The notes under the pieces are model-generated. The model searched no databases. It was not told the DNA's origin and worked only from the letters and a program-made list of their open reading frames with translations. The position numbers were made by a program, and so were the translations under genes. 64,000 bases of DNA from Bacteroidaceae bacterium (GTDB lineage: Bacteria > Bacteroidota > Bacteroidia > Bacteroidales > Bacteroidaceae): NCBI GenBank assembly GCA_017552435.1, contig JAFZPZ010000004.1:4600-68599 (forward strand). The letters are read 5' to 3'. This document shows, piece after piece, positions 42,761-51,863 of the stretch (positions are counted from its first letter, which is position 1; each line of letters starts with the position of its first letter).

Positions 42761-43477
42761 TCAGTACTTTTCATTCATTAATCTACGTTTCGCTCTCTGC
42801 AGAATGCCCCAGTAATAAGGGAGAACACCTACAGCCCGACAAACCATTTGCCGCCGCACTTTCAGGAAATCACGGTCCTTGATGTTTGAACTCATCCCAT
42901 CAGCATCATTGAAGGTACAGATGGTCTCCTTTATATACATAAACCTGATGCCGTCAATTAACAGACGAAGGTTATAGTCCCAATCTGCAACGCTTCTGTA
43001 CTTCTCATCGTACAGATATCTGGTATATACCGAACGCGGATAGAATATACATTGGTGGCTGATGTTGCGATGTCCCCAAGTCCAACGGGAGAAAGCTCCG
43101 TTGTAAAGTCTCTGGCGTGTCTTGAGCATTACATCGCCATATACGACATCTTCGCAGCTGGTTATCTTTGCTGCGACCCTCTTCAGCACATCCTTGTCAT
43201 AGAAAGTATCGTCTGCCCCAAGGAATATCAAATAGTCTCCTGTGGCCATCTTCAGCCCTTTGTTCATAGCATTATAAACACCGGAATCTTTCTCGGAGAT
43301 GAACTGGAACCTCTTATCATCAAAGCTTTGCAGAATCCCGACCGTGCCGTCCGAGCTCTTGCCGTCAACAACGATATACTCCAACTCTTGGTACGTCTGG
43401 CCAAGAACAGAAGCTATCGTCTCGCGAATGGTAGCAGAGGCATTGTAGCAAACAGTTATGATGGAGAACTTAATCAA
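42761..43477 (-). CDS. Glycosyltransferase family 2
   Basis: 238 aa. FSIITVCYNASATIRETIASVLGQTY, VDGKSSDGT, and LGADD (DxD-like). Confidence 0.8.
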   Translation of the reverse strand: MIKFSIITVCYNASATIRETIASVLGQTYQELEYIVVDGKSSDGTVGILQSFDDKRFQFISEKDSGVYNAMNKGLKMATGDYLIFLGADDTFYDKDVLKRVAAKITSCEDVVYGDVMLKTRQRLYNGAFSRWTWGHRNISHQCIFYPRSVYTRYLYDEKYRSVADWDYNLRLLIDGIRFMYIKETICTFNDADGMSSNIKDRDFLKVRRQMVCRAVGVLPYYWGILQRAKRRLMNEKY

Positions 43478-43502
43478 AATTCAAAATTAACAAATTCAAA
43501 AT

Positions 43503-44357
43503 TCAAATTTGGATGTGCTTTTTCCAGAAACTCTCGTACTCCCATTTCTCGAAAGCATGGCAGCCGAATGGCAACTGCTGCCCGATTCTGTTGTACAAGT
43601 ATTCGGGGTTGACTTCCATCGAGAAGTGTGCAGCCTCCAGTTCGTTGGGCACCCGGCACGTCAGTCCCCATGCACTGTGTGCCCAGAAGGAAAGGATGGC
43701 ATCTTCTTCGCAAGCTGTGCTACGGAACTGTGCGATGGTGTTGCGGAAGCCAAACACTTTGGCCAGAAACAGAGGCAAAAGACCGATGCGCCTCAGCAGA
43801 TTCTTTGTGTATTCCTCGTTATAGAGGAAGCCGTACCAATATATTTTAGCCAAAATGCCGGGTTTCAGGAATATCCTATGCTGGTCGGCACGGATGATAC
43901 GGAGGCAATGCTCTATCCTGCGCAGGGAGAACCCACCGTTGCCCACGCCGTAGAATATGCGCGTGAACTTATGTTTGTTATAAGGGAAATATATCGGCGC
44001 TCCGATGTAGTCGTAGCCCCGGCTGCACCAGTAATCCAGTTCGTCGCGGAAGACCCAAGCATCGGTTTGGCAGATGAGCATGTAGTCATAGTCCTTGAAA
44101 CGCAGGTAGAACTCCTCCGAAAAGCACAAGTCGCTGTAGTGCGCTGTCGAATCAAAATAGCCCTTGTCGAAGAGTTCGGTGCGCATTACGCCCTGTTCAC
44201 CCGTGACAATCTTCTCGTATTCGTCCAACTGGCAGTCCTCGTGCGTGACGAACACGATGTCGTGCTTGCCCAGGACGCGGAATGTCTGGCGAATGGATGC
44301 ACTCTCCACGCGCGTGGGTACATTCTTATATATAGGTATGACGACTACGCAGGTCAT
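43503..44357 (-). CDS. DUF5672-like protein (probable glycosyltransferase-like enzyme of capsule loci)
   Basis: 284 aa. N-terminus VVVIPIYKN..., a central QTDAWVF block and NGGFSLRR. The family name is from memory. It overlaps the next gene by 4 nt. Confidence 0.45.
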   Translation of the reverse strand: MTCVVVIPIYKNVPTRVESASIRQTFRVLGKHDIVFVTHEDCQLDEYEKIVTGEQGVMRTELFDKGYFDSTAHYSDLCFSEEFYLRFKDYDYMLICQTDAWVFRDELDYWCSRGYDYIGAPIYFPYNKHKFTRIFYGVGNGGFSLRRIEHCLRIIRADQHRIFLKPGILAKIYWYGFLYNEEYTKNLLRRIGLLPLFLAKVFGFRNTIAQFRSTACEEDAILSFWAHSAWGLTCRVPNELEAAHFSMEVNPEYLYNRIGQQLPFGCHAFEKWEYESFWKKHIQI

Positions 44358-45463
44358 TTTTCTTTCAGTATCACAATGTCACCAGCGGAGAGCACGTAGA
44401 ACGGATTCACATTTTCGGTGGTCAGGTCTTTTCGTATCCGCGCCTCATAGTCGTTGGGGCGCAGAAGAACGGTGACGTCCTTCTCTGCACTCTTGTTGAC
44501 AAAACAGGTATAGCGCTTGTCTTCCTTCTTGAAATGCGAGACGAGCACCTCGCCATTCGGACACTTGCGATGTTCAATACTTGTCACCGTGCTTTGCCAG
44601 AAAAGGCTTGCCACAGGTTTCAGCTCGGCATTCATCTTCTTAACCAGATCGTAGGTACGACCCTTCGAGCCGTCTCGCAACAGTGGTCCGTCGTGGAAAT
44701 CGTATTGGCCATAAGGTGCAGGCGTGGAGTAGGAGAAATATTGTATTCCCTGCGCGCCGTATGCCAGGTTGATGTAGCATTGCAGGCGCAGGTGTCCAAT
44801 CGTGGGCATAGGATAGTTGTGATGGGGAACGCATAGCACGTATGCCCAGAACGGGCGGCCCGTACGCAGGCTCTCGCGGCGAATGTCCTCCAGAATGGGA
44901 TACCACTTGTCGTCCCTGACCACCTTGCCCTGTACGGGGTAGAAATCATAGGAGATCTGTGGCTGCTTGATGGTGCTGAAGGCTTGCAGATACTCGGGAT
45001 AGCTGTCCACACCGATAGACTGAAGCACTTGCTTACCAGAGTTGGGCAACAGATTAATATAGCATCTCGCATCCTTATCATAACGGGCAATACGTTGCTG
45101 TATCTCTTGTAATTCTTCCTTCCTTTTCATCGTGGGTTCGTCCGCCAGATAATACTGCCACATAGAAGGATGGTCCTTGATGATAGGGACAATGTCTTGT
45201 GGATGCCTCATTATCGGGTGACAGAAAATAATCAATTTGATGTCGTGCGGCTTCGCTACGTCCAGCACATTCTTGACATCCTCATTTGTCTTGCATCGGC
45301 AAAGGCAGGCATTGAACCCGGCTTTGTGGATGTCGCGGAACCGCTCTGCATCGTATAACTCCGTATGCAGGATGTCTGCTATTATGGGAAAACTATTCGG
45401 CTCATCGGCCAAACAATGCAGGGACAATAATGTGAGGATTACAGAAAGGAGTCGATGTCTCAT
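44354..45463 (-). CDS. Secreted TIM-barrel-like protein, possibly a glycoside hydrolase (function unknown)
   Basis: The ATG at 45463 gives the signal peptide MRHRLLSVILTLLSLHCLA and overlaps the upstream stop as ATGA. YYLADEP and ISYDFYP blocks resemble the NEP/acid-base regions of clan GH-A enzymes. The assignment is weak. Confidence 0.35.
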   Translation of the reverse strand: MRHRLLSVILTLLSLHCLADEPNSFPIIADILHTELYDAERFRDIHKAGFNACLCRCKTNEDVKNVLDVAKPHDIKLIIFCHPIMRHPQDIVPIIKDHPSMWQYYLADEPTMKRKEELQEIQQRIARYDKDARCYINLLPNSGKQVLQSIGVDSYPEYLQAFSTIKQPQISYDFYPVQGKVVRDDKWYPILEDIRRESLRTGRPFWAYVLCVPHHNYPMPTIGHLRLQCYINLAYGAQGIQYFSYSTPAPYGQYDFHDGPLLRDGSKGRTYDLVKKMNAELKPVASLFWQSTVTSIEHRKCPNGEVLVSHFKKEDKRYTCFVNKSAEKDVTVLLRPNDYEARIRKDLTTENVNPFYVLSAGDIVILKEK

Positions 45464-46566
45464 GTGAATAGAAGTGATTTTAATTTTTGATAGGACTTTT
45501 CCCATGTGAACTGCTGTATGTCTTGATTCCCTGCATTTGCTATCCTATGCCTTAATTGGGTATCGCAGATAAGACGAATAATGTTTCCTGCCAATGCCTC
45601 AACATCGTACACAGGAGACAACAGGGCTGTCTTCTCGTGTTCTGCCATGCAACGAAAACCTCCATTGTCCGTACATGCAACGGCACAGCCACATATCATT
45701 GCCTCTCCAATGGTGAGTCCAAAACCCTCAATGTCTGATGCTGCCACATAGATGGCTCCGCTATTATAAATATCGCAAAGTTCTTGTCCCGTAGGCTGAT
45801 GGTGATATGTGTACCAAGACGGCATATCTTTGGGGGCATCACATGTACCGAACATCGTGACATGCAACTCTGGAATGGCATTCTTAACAATATTCAAAGC
45901 TGCAAAGCTGTCTTGACAACGTTTTTGTTCAAGAGTGTGATACATGAGAACAACCTCGAAAGGCGACCTTCCCTCAATAGGATTCTTCAATGAAAAGCGG
46001 TGAAAGTCCAGGCCATTTGTTATCAGTGTTGAATCAGCTCCGCTTTCGCTCACAATATCTTGCAGCCAAGGAGCAATAACAATGTTATGCATTCCAATGC
46101 GGTAAGAAGCTCTTACCGCCTCTGGAGTATCCCGCCAAATTTCGTAACCCTGTATAAGATAATATTTGTTTTCCAGAGGGATCTGAGAAAATTTGCTCAG
46201 TTCCACTGCTGTATCATAGGCGGTTGCTATGACGAGGTCCGTTTTACGAAACAAGACGAATGGACGATGATAGCAATATGGGAACCATTTATGTATTGAC
46301 GGATTCAGACTGAAACTCTTTCCGGCCTGCAATTGACCGGTGAACTTCCTGTAGAGATATCCCACAAAACCATAGATATGGCGCATAGGATTAGGATAAT
46401 CGCACCTTGCATGAGAAAAAGCAAGGACAACATCATATCCGTCACAAGCAAGCATATTTGCATACTCGTAAACAACCTTATAGCCGCCAACAATGACGCA
46501 TTTGCGACTCGTTGGATCGATGTCACAGCCTGGCAACAAAAATATGATACGCTTGCTTCTTTTCAC
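45460..46566 (-). CDS. Glycosyltransferase family 4 (GT-B)
   Basis: 368 aa. VGGYKVVYEYANMLACDGYDVVLAF at the N-terminus and EGFGLTIGEAMICG at the C-terminus. Confidence 0.75.
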   Translation of the reverse strand: MKRSKRIIFLLPGCDIDPTSRKCVIVGGYKVVYEYANMLACDGYDVVLAFSHARCDYPNPMRHIYGFVGYLYRKFTGQLQAGKSFSLNPSIHKWFPYCYHRPFVLFRKTDLVIATAYDTAVELSKFSQIPLENKYYLIQGYEIWRDTPEAVRASYRIGMHNIVIAPWLQDIVSESGADSTLITNGLDFHRFSLKNPIEGRSPFEVVLMYHTLEQKRCQDSFAALNIVKNAIPELHVTMFGTCDAPKDMPSWYTYHHQPTGQELCDIYNSGAIYVAASDIEGFGLTIGEAMICGCAVACTDNGGFRCMAEHEKTALLSPVYDVEALAGNIIRLICDTQLRHRIANAGNQDIQQFTWEKSYQKLKSLLFT

Positions 46567-46613
46567 TATTTCTTTATATTACCTCATGCAACAATGTTGC
46601 AAAAAAATATTTG

Positions 46614-47657
46614 TTAATTAAAGTACATGTGATCGAACATCTGTATAAGATAATAGCCTAATGAGAACACGGCAATACCGATTCTTGCCGCATAAAGGGG
46701 TCTGATACAATATAGGCAGCATGTAAAGGCTACAGCGTTGAACATACCAAACAGATCATGAAGGCGTCCGCCAAGAACAGGTATTTCGGTAAACATAGTT
46801 AGAAAGAACATTTCAAAAACCAGGATTTTGACAAGAATGGGTGCATAGATGCAATGCTCTTCGATTGTATCGTAGAAAAATAGAAAAACATATAGCAATG
46901 CAAACTCAGCCAGAAACGTCAACTGTTTGTATGGTATATATTCCTCCCAGCCTCCAGCCTCGCTCATTTCCTTATATATATCCAATTTACCTTCGATTAT
47001 AGAACCTGGTATCAGGGAAATTGCGCCGATATTCATCAAATATAATACCAGACAAATTGGTATAGTAGCTCCGAGGAGATATTTCCAGTATTTACCCACT
47101 CGCATGTTGCCAACTAGTATAATAGGCAAGAAAACCAGACTTGAGTAGTGAAACATCGTGGCAACAAGCGTCAGACCTACTGCATAAAGATACTGCCTCT
47201 TTGCCAAAGGAATCAAAGCCCACAAGAGGAAAGCCGCTGCAACACCGCACCGTATCTGTATGACATCGTGCAGCGGATAATAGATGCCCATGTATACTAT
47301 CATTGCCGTGAAAACGTATGGGGTAATATTCCAAAGGACCGTAAGCTTAACGGAAATAGCTAGCAGGGCATAGATGAAGAATATCACCACAATCTCACCA
47401 CCGTGGGACAATACAAACCGGCTTAGGTAGATATAGGTTGGTTCAGTGGCAATCTCGACAATAGGGTCATCGGTATTATAGAAGTAATATTCATAAGTCC
47501 TGGCATCCGTAGTTGTCATTGGCTTAAATGCCGCAACACATATCAATGTTAGGCCTAGGACTATCAGGGCCAGCATCTTCTGCCATGAAGGCATGTAGTC
47601 CTCCAGAAAGGACAAAGCCACAACTATAGCAAACAAGGACAGAATTATTATATCCAT
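46614..47657 (-). CDS. EpsG-family membrane protein (Wzy-like polysaccharide polymerase)
   Basis: 347 aa with about 10 TM helices. The aromatic-rich composition and the position between GT genes and wzz are typical of EpsG/Wzy. Confidence 0.65.
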   Translation of the reverse strand: MDIIILSLFAIVVALSFLEDYMPSWQKMLALIVLGLTLICVAAFKPMTTTDARTYEYYFYNTDDPIVEIATEPTYIYLSRFVLSHGGEIVVIFFIYALLAISVKLTVLWNITPYVFTAMIVYMGIYYPLHDVIQIRCGVAAAFLLWALIPLAKRQYLYAVGLTLVATMFHYSSLVFLPIILVGNMRVGKYWKYLLGATIPICLVLYLMNIGAISLIPGSIIEGKLDIYKEMSEAGGWEEYIPYKQLTFLAEFALLYVFLFFYDTIEEHCIYAPILVKILVFEMFFLTMFTEIPVLGGRLHDLFGMFNAVAFTCCLYCIRPLYAARIGIAVFSLGYYLIQMFDHMYFN

Positions 47658-47666
47658 CAGCCACGA

Positions 47667-48707
47667 TTAAGTATTCTTATTTTGTGCGATGATAAATATT
47701 GTACATCCGAAACATGCCATGAACATTAGGAGCAATGTAATGAGTACACGTTTCGGGCCAGCTGGTTTCTGTGGTACAGATGCTCCCTGCAATATAGTGG
47801 TTACAGGTGTGGCTTCCTGTAGTTTTGCCTTGGCAGCCTCTAATTTCTGGGCTGCGGCAGAGAAAGTCTGATATTTCAGCGTCTTCTCGTTGGACATAGC
47901 TTCCAGTCGTGCCTTTGCTGTTTCGTTGACAATATCCCAGTTGGCATCCACCGCAGCAACATAACGCTCATTACTCTCCTCATAATCGGCCTTGGTCTGG
48001 TCATAAATTCGCTGGGTATATTCTAAGTCGTTGCGAGCCTTCTTGGTTCGGTAGTCCATGATAAAATCCTGCAATCTATTGCTGATGGTATCTACAATTA
48101 GAGCACACACCAATGGATCGAAATCGTTGACCGTAACCGAAACCACACCAGTCTTCTTATCGTAATTATACTGTATTTTACCCGAAATGGCATTGGCAAT
48201 GTTGTATTCATCTTCGGTGAGTATAAAACTGGGAGAAACAGGTTTCCCCTGCATCCCCGAAACATTGACATCCGATTTCTTAGACTTCATCATACGCGTC
48301 AGTTTCCCGATTAGGCTCATGTACCATGAATTCTTGCTATGGTTCAACAGATAGTCATAATATGTCGTGGTCAGTTCGCCGTCCATCGTCGTAATCTCAA
48401 CCGGGAACATAGATACTATAAAATCCTTCGATTTCATCAGGTCGGGGTAAAGGTTGGGCGAGATAGCATCGTTAGTAGTCGGAGCTTCTCCCAAGCCGAA
48501 AGAACTCAGTATCGAGTTCATACCCGAACTACCTGTAGCCTCAGGAGCTAGCATCACCTGGCATGCATAGTAGCGAGGAATTGGAAATACAAATATCAAG
48601 GAGAATACAATGGCAATCACCATCCATAGGACATAAAGTCTCCACCTTTTAAGTAGCATTGGAACTATTACCGTCAGATCCAATATGTTTTCTTTCTTTC
48701 CTTCCAT
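47667..48707 (-). CDS. wzz: Polysaccharide chain-length determinant (Wzz-type; no kinase domain)
   Basis: 346 aa. N-terminal TM (LYVLWMVIAIVFSLIFVF), a periplasmic coiled region and a C-terminal TM (ITLLLMFMACFGCTIFII). Confidence 0.75.
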   Translation of the reverse strand: MEGKKENILDLTVIVPMLLKRWRLYVLWMVIAIVFSLIFVFPIPRYYACQVMLAPEATGSSGMNSILSSFGLGEAPTTNDAISPNLYPDLMKSKDFIVSMFPVEITTMDGELTTTYYDYLLNHSKNSWYMSLIGKLTRMMKSKKSDVNVSGMQGKPVSPSFILTEDEYNIANAISGKIQYNYDKKTGVVSVTVNDFDPLVCALIVDTISNRLQDFIMDYRTKKARNDLEYTQRIYDQTKADYEESNERYVAAVDANWDIVNETAKARLEAMSNEKTLKYQTFSAAAQKLEAAKAKLQEATPVTTILQGASVPQKPAGPKRVLITLLLMFMACFGCTIFIIAQNKNT

Positions 48708-48748
48708 GTTTCTTTCGTTTGGTCCAAATGGGAAGTGGCTATATGTTA

Positions 48749-51115
48749 TTATCGTCTTAACGCACTGATGAGAACGGCTGTAACGGTAGAGAGCGTGCCT
48801 ACACCTGCCAGAATATATGATATAGTCTTGGAGTCTGACGGCTTATCGGGTTTGGTGGGTATCACTATCTCGCAGCCAGGCTGGACGCGACCATGATTCA
48901 CACGGCTCACCTCTCCGTTTGCATAAATGATGAATGCTTTACTGCGCAGGCCTTTACTACTAGTGCCACCAGCCTGATTGATATAATATGAAGCTGACTT
49001 ATCCTCGACAAATGGAACAGTGTTGGGATATAGGACCTCCCCGGTAATACGGACAGTGTTATCATACGGAGGAATAACAATATCATCCCCATTGCGCAGA
49101 ATAATGTCCTCAGTACAACCAGGCTTCTTCATTGCTTTTGGCAGGTCAATACCGACAGGATACCTGTCTTTGATTTCAATCTTACTGATGTCAATCGTAT
49201 CTGAGCTATGAGCCATTTCAAGCAACTGTACGGCACGTTCCTTCTCATTGGGAGTCAAAGAGCGGGTGAAGCGCGCCCCTCCAGCGAATCCTGCCTCTGT
49301 AAGACCGCCGGCACGTTCTATCAAGTCACTCAGACGATCATTACGACTCTTGAGGCTATAGTTACCCGGATACTTGACTTCACCGCCGATATGAACGACT
49401 GACACATCAGCAAATTCGGGATTTCTCTTGATGGTAATCACATCAAATGGTTTCAGAGCAAAATTCTGTCCTTCTTGCACCAATAGACCATTTTCGATAT
49501 TGAATGTGTAAATCTTGGCTTTCTTGTTATATGTCGGATCCTTTTCGTCTGTGTACTGAAGTCGGCGGGCAATTTCGATATTGCTAAGCAACGCTTCTTC
49601 TTTCAATCCTCCTGCAGCAACGATAGCATCTTCCAATGTCATGCTTTCAACGAATGGGAATACACCTTGCCGGACAACAGGGCCATAGATATGGTATTTG
49701 CGGGCTTTGATAGTTTCTTCATCCGATGCTATGGCCAATGAGTCTTCGTTTTGAAGGATTATATCGGGAGCACTTTCAGACAGGATACCTGCCAGATCAA
49801 TACTCATTGCCTTGCGGGTACGGTTTTCGTTCATGCGGAAGAGGACGGCAAGATTTGTAAATGCGTCTTCTTTGACTCCGCCAGCTTTCTGAATTAGGGT
49901 ACGGACGCTGTTACATTCGTTCGAGATTTCATAGTGTCCTGGATAGAATACAGCTCCGCTGACCTCGACCATGTTTTGGTATCGGCCAATGATACCCTTG
50001 ACACCAACGACATCACCATCCTGAACGCTAAACGAAGGAAAGTCCCATTCTTCCACTGTGTGTACTGAAAGTCCGTCATGTGTTTTGCGTTCTACACTGA
50101 CAACGTTCTTGTTGGCTATGCTCAGAAATCCACCAGCATAGTCTATCAAAGATTTTAGAGATTCTCCTTCCTTCATCTCATAGTACATGGGGCGCTTGAT
50201 GGCACCTTGAATGTTTACCAAAACATCATACGCACCTACGATGATGGCATCATTGTCTTGCAGTAGGATGTTGCCGGTCAGCTTGCCATTAATGATGTAG
50301 TCATATACATCAATTTTAGAGACAATCTTTCCGCCACGACTCACTTTGATATTTCGCAAGGTGCCTATCTCAGTAATACCACCAGCCAGATACAAGGCGT
50401 TGAAAACAGTAGAGAATGCAGACAGGGTGTAGGTACCAGGGTTGACAACCTCACCCAAGACGTTGACGACAACAGTACGCGTCTGACCGATAGTCAACTT
50501 GATACTGGAACCCTGATAGTGTTGCCCCATCTTGCTACTTACCTTCGCCTGAGCTTGGTCAACAGTCAAGCCAGCGACGGTCACGGGACCAATTTTTTCA
50601 ACAATAATCGTACCTTCGGGGGATATTGCATATTTCTTGCTGCTCTGGGATGTTCCGTAGATATCAATTAAAACCTCGTCTCCTGGTCCAAGAACATAAC
50701 TGGCAGGAGTTGCGATATTCATGTTTGGCTCGAAGGTCAGGTTTTCGTTTTGGAATATTTCATGACCGAAGATTTCCTTGGCAGCCGTTGCCACGTTCCC
50801 GACAACATTGCCACTTTCAGCCTTTGATTGTGTTTCGCCATTTGCCTTGCGTACACGGTCGCCCACAGCAGAAGGTTCGCTGCTTGTTGTTGCACCAACA
50901 CCACCAGACTGTGCTGCTTCATATTTTTCTTTCAAGCGGAGCAACTGCTCCATCTTGACACCTTTCTTCTGTAAATCTAGTAGGATAGCTTGCTGACTCT
51001 TGCCCGCCTCATGCTCTTCCTGAACAAATGCTACAACCTCTTCATCGCTCATCTGTGCTGATACCTGACTCACAGCAAACAGGGCAAGCATCAGTGCAAA
51101 TAAAAATCTTTTCAT
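48749..51115 (-). CDS. wza: Outer-membrane polysaccharide export protein (Wza-like; Poly_export + multiple SLBB domains)
   Basis: 788 aa with a signal peptide. PGDEVLIDIYG (PES motif region). Repeated SLBB-like modules (V.V.G.V..PG.Y.........L...I..AGG). Confidence 0.85.
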   Translation of the reverse strand: MKRFLFALMLALFAVSQVSAQMSDEEVVAFVQEEHEAGKSQQAILLDLQKKGVKMEQLLRLKEKYEAAQSGGVGATTSSEPSAVGDRVRKANGETQSKAESGNVVGNVATAAKEIFGHEIFQNENLTFEPNMNIATPASYVLGPGDEVLIDIYGTSQSSKKYAISPEGTIIVEKIGPVTVAGLTVDQAQAKVSSKMGQHYQGSSIKLTIGQTRTVVVNVLGEVVNPGTYTLSAFSTVFNALYLAGGITEIGTLRNIKVSRGGKIVSKIDVYDYIINGKLTGNILLQDNDAIIVGAYDVLVNIQGAIKRPMYYEMKEGESLKSLIDYAGGFLSIANKNVVSVERKTHDGLSVHTVEEWDFPSFSVQDGDVVGVKGIIGRYQNMVEVSGAVFYPGHYEISNECNSVRTLIQKAGGVKEDAFTNLAVLFRMNENRTRKAMSIDLAGILSESAPDIILQNEDSLAIASDEETIKARKYHIYGPVVRQGVFPFVESMTLEDAIVAAGGLKEEALLSNIEIARRLQYTDEKDPTYNKKAKIYTFNIENGLLVQEGQNFALKPFDVITIKRNPEFADVSVVHIGGEVKYPGNYSLKSRNDRLSDLIERAGGLTEAGFAGGARFTRSLTPNEKERAVQLLEMAHSSDTIDISKIEIKDRYPVGIDLPKAMKKPGCTEDIILRNGDDIVIPPYDNTVRITGEVLYPNTVPFVEDKSASYYINQAGGTSSKGLRSKAFIIYANGEVSRVNHGRVQPGCEIVIPTKPDKPSDSKTISYILAGVGTLSTVTAVLISALRR

Positions 51116-51164
51116 TTATTGTCTTGTTTTATTATTTTTGTCTCAAAATCTCGCCCGTTTGGGC

Positions 51165-51172
51165 AAATGTGG
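51165..51172 (-). promoter_or_regulatory. -7 promoter box (TACCTTTG) for the wza-led polysaccharide operon
   Basis: The plus strand reads TGCAAAGGTAC (51163-51173), 50 nt upstream of the wza ATG. Confidence 0.5.
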
Positions 51173-51287
51173 TGCAAAGGTACATAAATTTTATATAAAT
51201 ATAACGCGCGCGACCCCATATTTATTGTATTCCCAGTGAAGGAAATGAAAAAAAACAGAATAATTTTGCAAATCGCGATATTCTTTG

Positions 51288-51295
51288 TATCTTTG
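51288..51295 (+). promoter_or_regulatory. -7 (TATCTTTG) with -33 TTTG (51265-51268) promoter for ssrA
   Basis: The spacing between the boxes is 19 nt. The -7 box ends 28 nt upstream of the mature tmRNA 5' end. Confidence 0.55.
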
Positions 51296-51323
51296 CGCCC
51301 GAATAGACGATACACGTCACATC

Positions 51324-51724
51324 GGGGCTGACTGGATTTGACAGCAGGATGAGGTGTTGTGTAAGCACGCAGAGAGTCGGTAGGCGCTCTCTATAATCTC
51401 TGATTACCAAAAATTAATTGGCGAAAACACTTACGCTCTCGCTGCCTAACCGAAGTACAGTAGGTTACTGGCTTTATCTCAGCACTAGGTGTTGAGACGA
51501 GACATCGCTCAGAAGCTGTTGTTCCGAAGCGTCTGATTCAGCGGTGCAGGAAAATCGGAAATAGTCCCTGGAGACGTCTCTATCCTGGGATGAAGCTTTT
51601 AGAGACTAAGGCAGTAATTGGTGGTCCAGGTCTTGTTGCTGCTCGAAAACCAAAGGCTGGAATAAGCGTGTAGAAAGCACAGGACGTCCCTGTTTGGACG
51701 AGGGTTCAATCCCCTCCAGCTCCA
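51324..51724 (+). ncRNA. ssrA: tmRNA (transfer-messenger RNA), tag peptide GENTYALAA
   Basis: The 5' GGGGCTGACTGGATTTGACAGC pairs with the 3' ...GGACGAGGGTTCAATCCCCTCCAGCTCCA, giving an acceptor stem with a G3:U pair and a T-arm. The tag ORF ggc gaa aac act tac gct ctc gct gcc taa lies at 51420-51449. Confidence 0.92.
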
Positions 51725-51727
51725 CAT

Positions 51728-51795
51728 AAAAACTACCATCTTAATTTACTTATTTTTTCTTTTTATAAGTAATTAAATGGTAGTTTTTATGTTTT
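51728..51795 (+). terminator. Long AT-rich hairpin terminator after ssrA
   Basis: AAAAACTACCAT (51728-51739) pairs with ATGGTAGTTTTT (51777-51788), with further inner pairing. TATGTTTTT follows. Confidence 0.65.
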
Positions 51796-51821
51796 TCCTT
51801 GCTTGGTAATGCAGAAATCGA

Positions 51822-51829
51822 TATCTTTG
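51822..51829 (+). promoter_or_regulatory. -7 promoter box (TATCTTTG) for the serine hydrolase gene
   Basis: cgaTATCTTTGcaa lies 35 nt upstream of the ATG at 51864. Confidence 0.5.
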
Positions 51830-51863
51830 CAAGCGAAAACAAATAATCCAATATATTACAACT

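Noticed and set aside
51116-51323. The idea that the polysaccharide locus is a genomic island integrated at ssrA.
   Set aside because: Islands integrate at the 3' end of ssrA, and this locus lies on the 5' side. I found no integrase, and no duplicated ssrA 3' segment anywhere in the window.
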